A DNA stretch of 64,000 nt, from the NCBI GenBank assembly GCA_051362555.1, contig CM120640.1, positions 6,510,001 through 6,574,000 of the forward strand, given 5' to 3'. The first letter of the stretch is position 1. Each line of letters starts with the position of its first letter. The notes beneath the pieces were generated by a model. That model was not told where the DNA came from, ran no database searches, and was given only the letters and a program-made list of their open reading frames with translations. Origin of the DNA: Lingula anatina (taxonomy: Eukaryota > Animalia > Brachiopoda). A program made the translations under genes and the position numbers. Shown piece by piece: positions 45,840 through 59,938 of this stretch.

Positions 45840-48800
45840 CTTGTTTGGCAACTACAGGTACCGTATACTACCTGGCAATATATACACTGGGAATCTAGAA
45901 ATAGAGGAGAAATACATGTACATTATATATCCTTTCCATAACAATGTATTAATTCATACCACCATAGTAACTTCATTGTGATATATACATTTCTGGATGA
46001 TCTAAAGGCAGGTATCAGATTCAGACATGTTATAATACGTATGTATAGCCTTGTATCAGATGCAGACATAATGATTATGTGGGACAGCAATTTCAAAGCT
46101 GGTTCTTTTTTTAAGAAACATTTTTGCCCTTTTAGTTGACCCAACTTGAGAAAATGGATGTACAGAACCTAGATCAAACGATTCAGAACAGACCTGTCTT
46201 TCACCACCATTCCCTCCCTGAAACTCCTGTCAATGTGCCTGATTCGGCCCTATCCTCAGTGGCTATCATTTGCCCGCGTCCACCCAGTGCTATAATTTAT
46301 ATCTACTAGTAATTGAAATGTTTGCATGTTAAATAGTAGCTGAGCTTGGGTGTTGTTTACATAAATATCAACAGATAGTCTGCCCACTTGTGAAACCAAT
46401 GTCACATGTATGGATATGCAATTTTTGTTTTTATCTTGTATATAACCATATAACCCCATAATATCCCTGCCATTTTTTTTTATTTAAAATTATCAAAACC
46501 AAATTCAAAAGAGGCCTTTTATCTGACTTTCAAAAAAAAAGTATTAACCCAATTATCGTTTTTAATTAACTAATTAACAGTTAATTGTAATTTAACTAAT
46601 AGTTAATTGTACTCAAATACACTATTGCCACGGTTATCATGCACAAAATATTGTGGAAAAATAAATACAATACCAGAGAGGATAAAATATGATAATATAA
46701 CAAAAGACACTGGTTATACCAATTATACCCATCTACGTACTTTACTAGGAATATTTATTAATAATATAGTTAATCAGATGGCCAGGATATTACAAGTCAC
46801 ATGCAGATGAATCTGGTTCAATTTAACAAGTTTAAAAATAGCACAGATACTATTATCTGGCTATGCAACAAGGTGTTTCAGATTTAGTTTATGTACATAA
46901 TGATAAGCGCAGGTTAGATCTACAGGTATTGAAGCCATTTTAAAATTCAGTGCCATTAAAAATGTGACATTCATAATAAAGCAACATAAGTTGTATTCCA
47001 AGTCACTGTCCCCCCTACAAAACCGCTGGTAACATGCCTGTTTCACATGACTTTCAGATTCACGCATCATTAAAACAAAACAAAAAGGTAATAGTCTATT
47101 GAAACACTAAATTCTATAACTTTTCACTTTTCATTATTTTTACATCCTTATGTACACTTTTCAATATTTGGATAATATGACTATTGCACCATTTGCCAAA
47201 ACATTAAATCATAGGTACATATGTACTGTGTCAGTTGTGTTTCCTTTGGTACTCCCTATTCAACAAGTGGTCTTTGTGGATTAATGCCCAGTCATGGTTC
47301 CTGGTTAATATGTATGTCATGTTTACCAAGATTCTGACATCTATCTCAACATGTATCTGCCATCCATTAATAGAGTTCACTTGTAATGCTGATTCAAAAT
47401 GAAATATTATTTATTTAAAAAGTCCACATCATGCAGTAGAAAACTTATGATCAAATAAGCAAATTATCAATTTAAAATCAATTGTCAAAATAGCATACCC
47501 GCTTGTTTACTGGATAAATGGAACAGCACTGAAATCCATTTCTCTTCAAATTTCAAATTTTAAATCAAAATGGCCCATATGCAGCAGCAAGTACATGTAG
47601 CAATTCTGTACTTAGATTCCAAACCAGTCTTACCAGAACCTTTAATACGTCCAGCATTCCAATCACACAGTGGGCTGATAACAAACACAGCTATAGCATG
47701 AGCTTTATCAGCTAAATTTCTTGCCCTTTCACAGAATACTCCTTCAGAAACCACTTAGCTTCCCTTCACACCCATGATCAGGAAAATCAATACTCTTAAT
47801 TCATATACATGTTTGGGGCAGTGTAAACATAACAGGAGCTCACCACCTGGTGGATACCATACAAATGTCCTGTTATATATCTATGGATCAAATAATCTCT
47901 TTGGGCACATTTATAATGGTCTATATGACTTCTTTAAGTTTTGAACGAAGTATGAAATGAAATGAAAACCAGTAAATCATTTTCATTATGAACTCCAATG
48001 TTAAAGCAGAGACTCAGTCCTAAGTTTTACATGCTACACAGATTTCCTAATGCATGTAAATCAAAAATGAAACATAGGAAATACATGAATATACCTGGTG
48101 GAAATTTTCTTTTAACTTTCACACACAGAAAATGATACCAGTGCCCATTGATATATAAAATGTGTTATTGAGGCTAAGTGAGGTCTGGCTTATCTAATAC
48201 AAACAAGAAACCACAGGAACCTATCTCCTATATGTACTAAGTACACCAGTGTTAGCCCAGGCACCTAGCATACTGAGTACATGCATACATACTAGTATGT
48301 AAGATATATATACTTTATTACGTGATACAGTGAATAAACTTTTGGCTGTTGAAATAAGTAGATGTATTAAATAATTTAAAGCAATCTCCCCAAATATATT
48401 TCACATATTGTCTTGATCAAAATTATGCTTTGCAGTTTAATGAATAGTGAAAAATAACTGTTTTGGTTGTTGGTGATAGGTAGGTGATGAGAATCCAGTA
48501 TTTGTCACAGAGTGTGATGAATAAGGATCTCCAGTAAGCACTATCAGCCAGTCGATCTCCCACACTGATAAAACTAAATTTAAATTTAGCATTCAGAAAA
48601 GTAATTGTTATTAATTTATATTTAGCATAGGGTTACGGTTTTAGCTTTTTTTAAAAATTATATTCAGGTGATGTCTTAAGTTCCTAGATATCATGCATCT
48701 ACTCTTTAAATAACATAATACAGTCATAATCCCAAAAAGACACAGGTTTCTGAAATTCCATATAGAACTTTTTGAGGTTTAACTATAGTTTATTTCTGGG

Positions 48801-49301
48801 TATTTCTGGTATTATGGTTTATTTCTGGTTATTCAAAGGGGCCTTCAATTAATTTTGGTTGTATTTGGAGCTAATAAATTTTAGTGATATTTGTCAAATT
48901 TAGATCTTCATAGTACACATACATTAATCATTTGTACTTAAATCATATCAAAATTTATAATCATATGTATAAAAAAATGTATCAATCAAATCTATTTAGC
49001 ATAATCTGTTGATTTCTAATACTTTTAAAGTTGTGACTTGTAAGAAATAAATCCAAATCAATTCTTAGTGACTAGGCCTGTTGCCAATAATATATTTCTT
49101 TTAACATTTATTTGCTCTCACATGCATTTTCACTACTACAAGACAGCAGGGATGCCACTAGAATTAATCTTTGTGACATCTTTGCTGTTGTAAAATTGTT
49201 TTTAAATTAATATACCAATACAATATTAACATATTTATAACTTTTCTTCCCTTTATCAATCTTTTTAACAATTAACATTTAATAATGATGGTGATGATGG
49301 C

Positions 49302-49336
<35 letters not shown>
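49302..49336. repeat. (AAT)n microsatellite
   Basis: Seen directly. Confidence 0.9.
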
Positions 49337-49337
<1 letters not shown>

Positions 49338-49654
49338 TTTGTTAATATTAATCATGCATCTAACCAGTACTAGTAAAAATATTATAACCTGGTAAAGGTC
49401 AACACCTGACTTAAACTGAAGGACTTTTCTTTTGTTTACAACATTATATCAGCTTTTATTCTAGATAACATTACGCTTGACTTTGAATGAATTGAACAGC
49501 TGATCATGACTCGTAAAGACGAGGGGCAGAGGGCACCTGTTCTCTGCCAAAGCCGGATTTCATAAACAGCATGCATGCCCTACCTTCTTTCGCCAATATC
49601 ATCTTACAACAATAATAATATTAAAAGCAATTTCCATTCATAACATTACACGAG

Positions 49655-49770
49655 AACTTACCTATTTCTTAATGAGCATGTAAAACTTTTTTCTCTTCCG
49701 TATTACCCTCCCCCTTCAGCCATGTTTACATTGGCTACACAATTTGTAAGTGAGCTCTTCATTGGCTCAA
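49655..49770 (-). promoter_or_regulatory. Possible SGK promoter and non-coding first exon
   Basis: Two CCAAT boxes on the minus strand (ATTGGCT at ~49730 and ~49761) upstream of a strong donor AG|GTAAGT at ~49661. Confidence 0.4.
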
Positions 49771-50953
49771 AGTTTTTAAATAGGTCATGACGATACACCT
49801 TATTCTTTACCTGAAATGCAAAGTTCTTCAGACACTGATGTCAAATATCCTGTACCCACAATGTGTTGCAAGCGCGCTAGCTGCTGCAAAGTTCATTTAT
49901 ACAACTATACCAAAATTAATAGAACATAAGCCTAACACAAGTTCACTGTTGTAAAGCAGCCTGTATTTAAAATAGTACATGTGTACTTTATTGTATTAAG
50001 TGCCCAGCCGGTAAGGTATAGATTGTATCAAATAATATAAAATACCTGTATGCTGGTTAGTATTACTACAGTATGTCATCTTATGATATTCATTATTTAA
50101 TTAATTGTATACATGTACACGTCGTAGGTTACTGAACCTGCAAATGTCAAGCCATGTACACATTTAGAACTCAGAAAACAAGCTAGTTTTGTTTTGAAGT
50201 GAATGAATAATTAATATTAATATTATAATTTTGCCCTTAATCATGAAAATGAATTCTTTTTTAATACTTCCGCTTTCTTAATACTTTTTTGCTCATGCAA
50301 ATAAATGCATGTGGTCCTAGAAATTAATTTAATTTATTCGCTAAATAATATTTGCATGCTTTTTATTAACTGATAAAAAAAATCATACTTAAATACTGGT
50401 ACATGTATATTCATTTAAATGAGCAAAATTAAGTATAAAATTTTGATTTAAGGTGATAGTTCTTGGATTTTCAGTTACTTCAAATTTTCTAAGCTTGCCT
50501 ATACACTTGCTGGCAAAATGCCTCAATTGTAATCCTGTCCTGTTCCCGTTTTTATATTTATTATTATTTATTTATTAATTATATTTTTGTGCTCGTATAG
50601 AGTGTCACAAAACAAATTGTATTTCAAAAGTGGAAAAACGGACTTTTAAGTTTTAAAAAACATTTTAGGGAGGAATATGTGTTTTTTTTTTTAGCTTGAT
50701 AGAAATCGACTTTAATTTTAAAAAGGATTGAACTTTCAAATGCCCATGGAGGCAAGAATAATCTTAATTACGGAATTTACAAGATTTTTAAATCAAAATC
50801 AAACCGTTTCTCGTGCGATCAAGCAGGTGGTACTCCTTACCAGTTCATGTTAAGATTGAGTATCGTCATGATATTCTTGTCCAATCAGAGAGAGGTTTTC
50901 TTTTGTGCTTGGTTTCAGAATTCCCACAATACATAGCGTAAATAGTTTGGAAC

Positions 50954-53900
50954 ATGGCGCCTGTGACAGGAGTGAGTGCTCAAATTTTTATGCATTTTCT
51001 TAATTTCTTTTATAGCATAGTGGTTTCAACCATTAATTTTTGTGAATATTTACCCACATTGTGTTGGTCTATTTGTCAAACTTATCTTTCAAATACAACA
51101 CACAATCATTCTTTGTTACTTGTTATTGATTACATTTCAGAGGTATATTTATAATTAAACTTGAAAGTTAGGACATAATATTATATCGTGTATTCATGGG
51201 TATCAGTAAGGAAATTGTGATTGTCATTTCATAGGGACAGGGAGATGATGGACAACGGAATGCAATTATTTTCGATTCGTCTAAACGGGAGGTATTTAGT
51301 CTAACAAATGGATTCAAAACACTCAACAGAAAACTTCGGACCAGTTGGAAAGTGCAGAGGTAGATATACTTATTCATGTTTAAGCGTACTGACATTTATG
51401 TTCAAGTGGTGTCATTATATCCAGTGAGGAATATGGTTTGCAAAATTTGATTTGAAAATAAAATTGAGGCCATTGTTAATGTTTTACGGTGTAAGTACAA
51501 TGCACCATAACTCTGAATACAGAAATTGACATTTTAAAAGTATCTCTTTATTTTTGAAAGTTGTTCAAAGTTTTTTAAGCACATGTAAGAGTCACAGACT
51601 GGTTAAGTGATCTATTTTTATTAATTTATGATGGCTCATGTGTACATCTAATGAAATGATATTTTTTCCAGCAACAAGGATGAAATAACAGATGAAAGAC
51701 TCGCTGCAGCCAGGGTGTTCATAATTGCAGGGCCAAGGGAGAAATTCACAGGAGCTGAAGTAAGAACATAGAGATAAAAAGAAACTGATATTTTTATCAA
51801 ATTGAAGATATTTAATTTAAAATATGTTCATGGCCTTTAAATTTTTTTAAACAGTGGTCTTTCAGAGAGTTAGGTATATTTTAAAGTTGCAACAAATTAT
51901 TATTTTTCATAGTTAGCAATTTCTGTAAAAGTAAGTTATGTTGCAAAAGATTTGCTGAAGTTTTAAGTAATCCAAGTTTTCCATTAGTAAAAAAAAAAAG
52001 ATCTGAATTAAGGCACATTATCTTTCCAGTGTGACTGTATAAAAAGATACATAGAAACTGGTGGAAGTGTGCTTGTCTTGATGGGAGAGGGAGGAGAAAG
52101 TAGATTTGACACAAATATCAATTTTTTGCTGGAACAATTTGGAATTATGGTGAACAATGGTAAGTGTTATTTGAATTATTCCTGATGCTAGTTTTTTCCT
52201 TGTTTTTTTCCAACTCTCTATGTAATTACTTTAGATGAAAGTCATGGTATAGATGTGTCATAATGATGCCTGTTTGTGTTTTGTTTTTTAGATAGTGTGG
52301 TGAGAACATCATATTATAAATATTTTCATCCAAAAGAAGCACTAGTCTCAAATGGGGTTTTGAACAGGTAAGTCCAATGATATTGTCAGTTCATTGTTAG
52401 AATCTACTCACTGAAATGCTCGGACAGTTTTTAATTCAGTCACTGAACTAAAATTAGATATTGTCACATTTTTTTATGGTCTTTGCTATATCTTAAGTCA
52501 ATTTTCTAATTTATTGTCAGGCATTCAGGGAAAAATGAACACAACAGAGTTAGGAAGAAACTTCAAAAATAATAACAAAGTAATATTTTTTTCTGACCTT
52601 TGCTATTTCTTAAATCAATTTTTTTCGTTCATTGTTAGGCATTCAGGGGAATATAAACACAACAGAGTCAGGGAGAATCATAAAAAATTATTACAATATA
52701 ATTTATCAGCCTAACTCATTGCTTTAATAAAAATTCCGTATATACCTTTCACAGGGCAATTAGTCAAGCAGCAGGAAAAGTTTTCCTTTCAGAAGAAGAC
52801 GGGAATAATGCACAGTAAGTATACTTAATTTAAATCATCATTGTAGAAGAGACAAACTCATCTCTCTGAAAGTAAAAGGGGTTGCCTTTTGAAATGAACC
52901 CCAGTACCTATGTGAAAGTGAAATAACAGTATGAAAAGAGATTGTAACTTGGCATAATGATGGTCAGTAGGAACTGAAACATTGTTGAGAAAACCGGTTT
53001 GTTTAACTTTAATTAAAATTGTATTTTTATACTTAATTTCTGTTAATTTCCTGTTGTAAGGTATAGGTTATATTCTTTTAATCATGAGGGGCTGAATGTG
53101 CAACTAGATATTTAGAAATGCATAAGTTGTGTACTGATTTGTTGTCACTGATTTTTCAGAGCACTTCAGTTTGTTTACCCATTTGGAGCTACACTCAATG
53201 TGATGAAACCATCTGTGCCAGTGTTATCTACAGGAACTGTGTCATTTCCTCTCAACAGGCCTGTCTGTGCATTCTTCTCAAAGGTGAGAGAGCAAGAAAG
53301 AAAATATTACATAAATACTTTTAAAGTTTACTTTTGTTATTTTTATGCATTATAATTTGCTATTGAATGCCTTCTCAATTTTAATGTTGGACAGTTTCAT
53401 GTTTTTTTTTATTATTTTTAGTTTTTTTTGGTGAATATTCGTATAAACTTGCACATACATTTATTCAAAAAGTTTAAGATAAGATCATAGTCTTTAAGTG
53501 TGACATGTCTCGTATTGCATCACAATCTTATAGTATCAGCTGCAGTGAGTTCACCCAATACAATTTTTAATCCAGCATACAATCAAAGGCAAACTGGCTG
53601 TAGTAGGCTCTGTGCACATGTTTTCTGATCAATATTTAGAAAGAGAAGAGAATAGTAAAATATGGGTAAGTACAAATAAAGGTTGACACTAAATTTAACC
53701 AATAGTAAAATTCTGAAAAATATATTTCAGTCATCAACTACTTTTTTCAAACAGTAAACTATCAAAAAAGATAGTGACACAGGCAATTGGATTAGGTTAC
53801 CAAAACACCCATTGATATGCATTGACAGTGGTAGTTAATTTAAGACTTGCAGAGCAACATGATATGGGGTATTCAATAATGTGTATCTGCATTTCAGGAT

Positions 53901-55683
53901 GTTGTTCTTCAATTTCTAACAACTGCTGACATCAAGCTGAACACAATAGATGCTGAAGATCCAGAGGTAAAGGAAATGAGTCATAATCATTTATGTCTAT
54001 AGAATAACAAGTTCAATAAACGATGTACAAATTTGATATACTAGATACTTGACTGTTTTGATGCTAAGCAATATTTGTCATGCACCAAAGTATTGATTTA
54101 TTTGCTTCTCCTTTTAGATTTCAGATTACCACACCCTACCAGACATTGCTAAACTGTCAGACAAGGTGAAGACTTGTTTGCAAGAGAGTGAGGATATCCC
54201 AAGAGACTTCACGGCTCTCTTTGATCAAAGTCTTTTCAAGTTAGACACAAGCATCGTACCTAAGGCAATAGGGTATGTGAGAGTTCCCTTCCTATCTCAT
54301 TTCTTCTCCTGTGAATGATTTATAACTCAATTTAAAACCACCACCAGGCTTTATTTTAGTAATGATAATTTCAATATCTTTTGCTGTTTGAAATGCACAC
54401 ATAACTCATTCTTACCTAAGGCAATAGGGTATGTGAGAGTTCCCTTCCTATCTCATTTCTTCTCCTGTGAATGATTTATAACTCAATTTAAAACCACCAC
54501 CAGGCTTTATTTTAGTAATGATAATTTCAATATCTTTTGCTGTTTGAAATGCACACATAACTCATTCTGTATTTTAAACCATTTGTTTATTTTGTATAAA
54601 TATATTTCCAGTGCTTTTGAGCAACTTGGAGTAAAGCATGAGACACTGAGCTTGATCACTCCCAGTTTTGAGACCCCTTTGCCACCTCTACAGCCAGCTG
54701 TAAGTCAGGGTATTTTACCACTCTAATTGAACTAGTATTATGTGGGTACACAAGATTCACTGTGATTGTTGCTGTATTAAGAAGTATAATTGTTTATCTT
54801 GTTGACATCCATTTTCTTTGTAAATGAAGTATCATAATGGCAGTCCATATCTTAAATATGATATAATTTACCAATATTACTTGTTGTTTCAGGTATTCCC
54901 TCCTCAGTTCCGTGAGCTACCACCTCCATCTTTAGACTTGTTTGACTTAGATGAGCAGTTCTCATCTGAAAAGGCTAGACTTGCACAGATTACTAATAAG
55001 TGTAAGTAATTCAACCTCTGCAATGTGTTATCTGTTTTAAACTGCATTCTTCCTTATACACTTAATTATTAAGTGAAAATAAATCTGTCAAGTTGGAATT
55101 TGTTTAACCTGGATTGTTTGGTTTTGCATATATAATATGTCATTCTACAAATTATCCAAATCATTTAAATCTAAACATGTTTTAAGTGATTGACCATTCA
55201 TTTTGTTTTTGTTACAGGCACAGATGATGATCTGGAGTACTATGTGAGAGAGTGTGGGGATATCTTAGGTGTAACCAACAGACTGCCACAAGACAGCAGG
55301 GATGCCAAGCATATACTGGAGTTCATCTTTGCACAAGTGACAGAGTTCAAGAAACTGAATCAGGTAGGAGCATACAGATAAATGTGGACTTACACGTAGA
55401 ACTTGAAATCATGGTTGTAAGTTTTAAAAAGACAGTTTAATTTAAGATATTGAGTCATCATAATATTTTAAATTGTACAATTTTTTTACTGTTGACAGTC
55501 CTTTAGTTATAAGGCAATACTAAAGTTTTGTTAGAATATCATTTTATCTACTGGCCTTTTGATACTAGATTTTCTTTGATACTTTTGAAAAAAAAAGTAT
55601 TTTTTTACTATTTTCAGGACTCGCATGATATGGAAAATGGACAATTTGCTGGTGGGACAAATTCTGATGCAGCTGCTTTCTAA
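50954..55683 (+). CDS. IFT52: Intraflagellar transport protein 52, about 14 exons
   Basis: Spliced translation includes IIFDSSKREVF, AGPREKFT, GGSVLVLMGEGGESRFDTNINFLLE, VVRTSYYKYFHPKEALVSNGVLNRAI, FVYPFGATLNV, LSTGTVSFPLNRP, FETPLPPLQPAVFPPQFRELPPPSLDLFDLDEQFSSEKARLAQITNKC, FKKLNQ. Confidence 0.96.
54257..54568. repeat. Exact 156-bp tandem duplication spanning an IFT52 exon/intron junction
   Basis: 54257-54412 is identical to 54413-54568 and includes the donor GG|GTATGT. Confidence 0.95.
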
Positions 55684-57505
55684 ACATAATGATACATATA
55701 TATCATATGGAACAAAAATAACTAGCTTTTTACATTATTCTGCCCATCACAAACCCTGTTGGCTTGGCAGAGACACAATAATAAACAAAAAATTGGAAAC
55801 AGAAATTGGTTTGAAGAAAACATTACTTATAAGTGATGAATTGTGTGAATTTTGAATAATTGTAATTTATTACATGAAAGGAACACTAACTATTAAGGAA
55901 TATCATAAAAACCAAGTGTTAAACTGGGACGTTCTTTGATTTTGTGCTGCCATGGAGCTTGTGTAACTGGCTTTTGGTTGTCAGTTTAGTTGTCAACCTT
56001 ATCAAGGCATTTAAATCAACACATCATGACAGAAATACGTGATGTCTATTTTTTGCTGTCATGTAACTTGGTAGAGGAAATTAAAATGCCAGTGTTATAT
56101 TAAAAGGCTTTTCATAACCTGGCTTTCTGTGAAACTAAATTGAAATCAACAGTTGCATGTTCTTGGCAAAGTAATTATTTACAATAATTCCCATATAGTC
56201 CCATCCATATTTTTTTTTAGAAGTAATTACAATGAAATATAGGTTCCTTTTCGTGAAACATTTACCATGTGTACTGAATACATGTAACTTACTATAAATG
56301 TGTAGCTGTGATATTACATACATTGCAAGATTAGTTTCATTCCTTTTTTAAAATCTTAATGAAGCCAATTTAAATGGTTTTTGGCCTGAGATCATTATTT
56401 TATAAAAAAAAAATCAGATTCTAACAATTTAACTTACATAAGGCTTTCTTGAGTGTCACATTACATTTTTGTTAAGATTCATCATAAAAGTTAAGTGATC
56501 TCATCATAACGTTCTTCACATTGTAAAACATGAATTGTAAAACAACAATATTCTTATCTTATCATTCTTCATTCTTATTTGTATGTTTTGTAGATATGTT
56601 CATATGCCTTATCGTTTTCTTCATAAGTAAGGTGTTTCTTGGAATGTTGATATAAATATTCATTGATTTTATTTATGATATTGATTATACAATTAATGGT
56701 CATCAAACTGAAAGCGTATGATTACTTTGGTCAAAATGAAAAAGTTCCAAATATGCGCAGGTTTTTGGTTTATAAGATGAAGAGATACATCAAGATCGAA
56801 AATTTAACCAAAAGATGGAATCTCGAGGGGGATATCTTTATTGCAGGAATGCTCCAAGGTTTGTGACTGATAACCACGATACTATGCCGTTGGCTTAAAA
56901 TAAAACCGCTCCGTTGACTATGTTGACCACTTTAATTCAATGAAATTTCAAAATAAAATTTGACTCGCTATATATATATGCACGTCCACAGTACTGGGTA
57001 ACAGCAATGGGTTATCATCTTTGAAAGTCTGTCAAAATATTCCTATGTGTTGGATTACAATGGGGTTGCTTTCATGTGAAAGGGGTTGGATTAAAACAAA
57101 CAACTTTGTGGTTCCAAACATTGCTGTGTATTTTAAACTTTTTAATTCTTAGCTGAAAATGACACTAAAACAGCGCTTTAATCCGGGACATAGACATACT
57201 GTACCAGTTTTTTTGCCGTTGTACCTTATGGGAGAAAAAGCTCTCAAAATAGCATTGTCACGTTTTTGGTCAATTCAGGGGTCATTTACGGCACACACAC
57301 TAGAGTAAAAAATTGCTCTTCGTCACAAATTTTGATGGGTGAAGAAAATGGGTTGTTGTCCATTTAATTACCATCGTTTCCTCTTTCAACTTCAGTACAA
57401 AGTATTTCTCCCATAGTGCACGATCAATCGATTAATTTCGGGGTTTAAAGTACCTGAAATACACTCTGTTTTTCATAAAACAACAATATGTAAATAGTAA
57501 ATAAA

Positions 57506-57508
<3 letters not shown>

Positions 57509-57579
<71 letters not shown>
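57509..57579. repeat. (TA)n microsatellite
   Basis: Seen directly. Confidence 0.95.
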
Positions 57580-57581
<2 letters not shown>

Positions 57582-57611
57582 CGAGGCCTCAGGGCCGAAA
57601 CGGCCGTAGGG
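57579..57611 (+). ncRNA. 5'-truncated minimal type I hammerhead ribozyme motif
   Basis: TGACGA-GGCC tcag GGCC-GAAA-CGGCCG-TA-GGG: core (C)UGANGA, stem II, GAAA, palindromic stem III, GUA cleavage triplet. The first core C and the 5' strand of stem I are replaced by (TA)n. Confidence 0.75.
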
Positions 57612-58750
57612 TATTTTTTAATAAAATGGAGAGAAAAGTCTAATTTATTCGTATCCTTGATTTTATATATATATCCGGAGTTGCCAACAATAGAAGATCA
57701 TTTTGTTCACGTTGACTACAGTTAGAAATGAATATTTGTCATCAAGTTCTACTGTCTTCGTAAAAACAAAGGCTTCCAAATGTCAAAATTGAGAATGAGA
57801 TAGAACTATTACGGTTGAAGCCATTTTACAAATACGTTATTAACATTTATGGGTTTCTCACACTGGTAAAATACATGTATCTTTGTCAGAGGATATATAC
57901 TTGCGTGTTTGAAAATTCATTTGTTGCATTCGCACCGGCTTTTTGTAACAACAACATTATACTATACAAGTAATATATAAGAAATATCAAAATGTTTTAC
58001 CTTCAGGAGTTCACAGGTACCACAACAAACCTTATATCTCGGTATACATCGCATTTTCCGGACTTATTTCAGACATTTTGATTGAACATCCGTGGACACA
58101 TTCTCCGTAATATATAACAACCCATACTAGAAAATGTGACCTAGGAGACGCATGTTTAGCAAATTTGAGTCTAAATCCCACAAAATGCCCAGGATTAATA
58201 TTCGAAATATCAGATAACGTAGGGTAGTAACTAGCACGAAAAATCGTGTGTCAAAGTAAAAGTAAAATGTCAAAGTGCTAAGGCCAAGAAAACAAAATTG
58301 ACTAGTTGGTTGACGAGCGGTGTCTCTGAGTTAACTGGGTCGGTGGACAGATATTATTATTATTTTTAAGTATATTTTTTATTGTGTTAATGAGCATAAA
58401 AGTTGGTTTTATATAGGGGAGGGATGTCAAATTTACAGTGCAAACAACAGCATTCAAGTTTTTCTTGGATGAGTTGCATATTTCCCATTTATCAAACCAA
58501 TATCCAAGGCATTTTTGCAGTTGAACCAAAAGAAAAATAGGCGCAAAAAATCTGATCTCCTCAAAATTAGGATTGGCCGAGCTCGTTTACCAATTCATCA
58601 ATTTTGCCTAATAATGTATAATTTCTGTGCTAGGAACGAACATGTCTGATATTTCCCTCTTTGCGTAATTACTTGGAAATGAATTAGCTCATAACATCTC
58701 AGCTTATTTATTTCTCATTTTCTAAATGACATTTTCTTAAACCAAATATA

Positions 58751-59938
58751 TCATTGTAAAACAGGATGTACTTTCGCAGATCTACAAATCTTACGGTGAC
58801 ATGTGAAAAGATCGCCATACGCCTCTCGAAAACGTCTGTTGCACAAACCATATATAACCGGATTAACGCACGTTGATAGGTGATAGATGACTTTTCCAAA
58901 AGGTTGGTAAGGGTGGTCACTGTCTATAGCATCCAATATTAGCAGCGGGAAGTTTAACACAAGATATCCCGCAAAACATATTCCGATCATTTTCAACAAT
59001 TTGACGTTTGCCTTGAACATATTGGCATTTGCCACATTCGCCAAATTGATGTCCACCATTCTGTATAGATGAAAAAAAATGATAAAAACAAAATGAATTG
59101 GAAAACATCAAGTCATGAAAGCAGGGTATAGCGCTAAAATTGTTCTTAGATGACAGGTTATTGCGAGCTTTTCAGTACCTAAAATCAACAGACCACATTT
59201 GAATCATAGCAACTAAAGTACAAAGCAATTTAAGCTTTTGCACCTACACACTAAATGACAAGAAACGATTTTTACCTAAGGCTAAATGAATAAAAAATAC
59301 CTTTTCTTCTTTTTGTAAACTACAGCCAGCATGTGCAGAAAAAGGTAAGCCACGACAAGAATGGGCAAAGCTACCGTGGTCCAGAAGGTCCAACGCAATA
59401 TTCTGTCTCCCGCAGGGGCCTGGAAGAAACATCTTTTGTTCATTCGATGACCAACTTCCAAATCTTCCCACCTCGTGCCTAGCATAACTACGGACACCGC
59501 CAACCCAGGAAACAAATAGCACAGCGAAGCGGTAAGGATATACATGGTTTTCTTGTGGCGACAATCACGGTACAAAATTGGCCAAACAAGGGCAAAGTAC
59601 CGTTGTAGGCTGATGCACAAAAGACAACACGCGGTCGCGCCTAGAGTTGTCCTTTCCGCAAAGATTTTAACGAAACAGGCCTTTTTATCCTCAATTTTTT
59701 GTCCCAGTATCATACCATATGCATTAACTGCCATCAAAACAGGATAAAGAACACCGTTGTTGAGACTGAAATTTACAAGTGGGATATTTTCCATTTTTCG
59801 CAAAGTTTTGTTGGTGAAAACTGCTAGAACAACAATCATGTTGCTAACAATTGCAGTTATGATGATTGGAATCAGGACGTATCCGCCAATAAATGGCCTT
59901 TTTGTATAGTTCATCGGCAAGGCAAGGCTTTCATTCAT
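58751..59938 (-). CDS. Orphan rhodopsin-family (class A) GPCR, 315 aa, 2 exons
   Basis: Exons 59938-59301 and 59060-58751 join in phase 2 (948 nt). Seven hydrophobic segments, N-terminal N-glycosylation sequons (NES, NYT), TM3 CISLQRYFALVWP, TM7 NPVIYGLCNRRFR. Confidence 0.9.

Noticed and set aside
56820-57480. SINE tail or DNA-transposon remnant downstream of IFT52
   Set aside because: Only short motifs and a weak inverted repeat; no definable ends or TSD.
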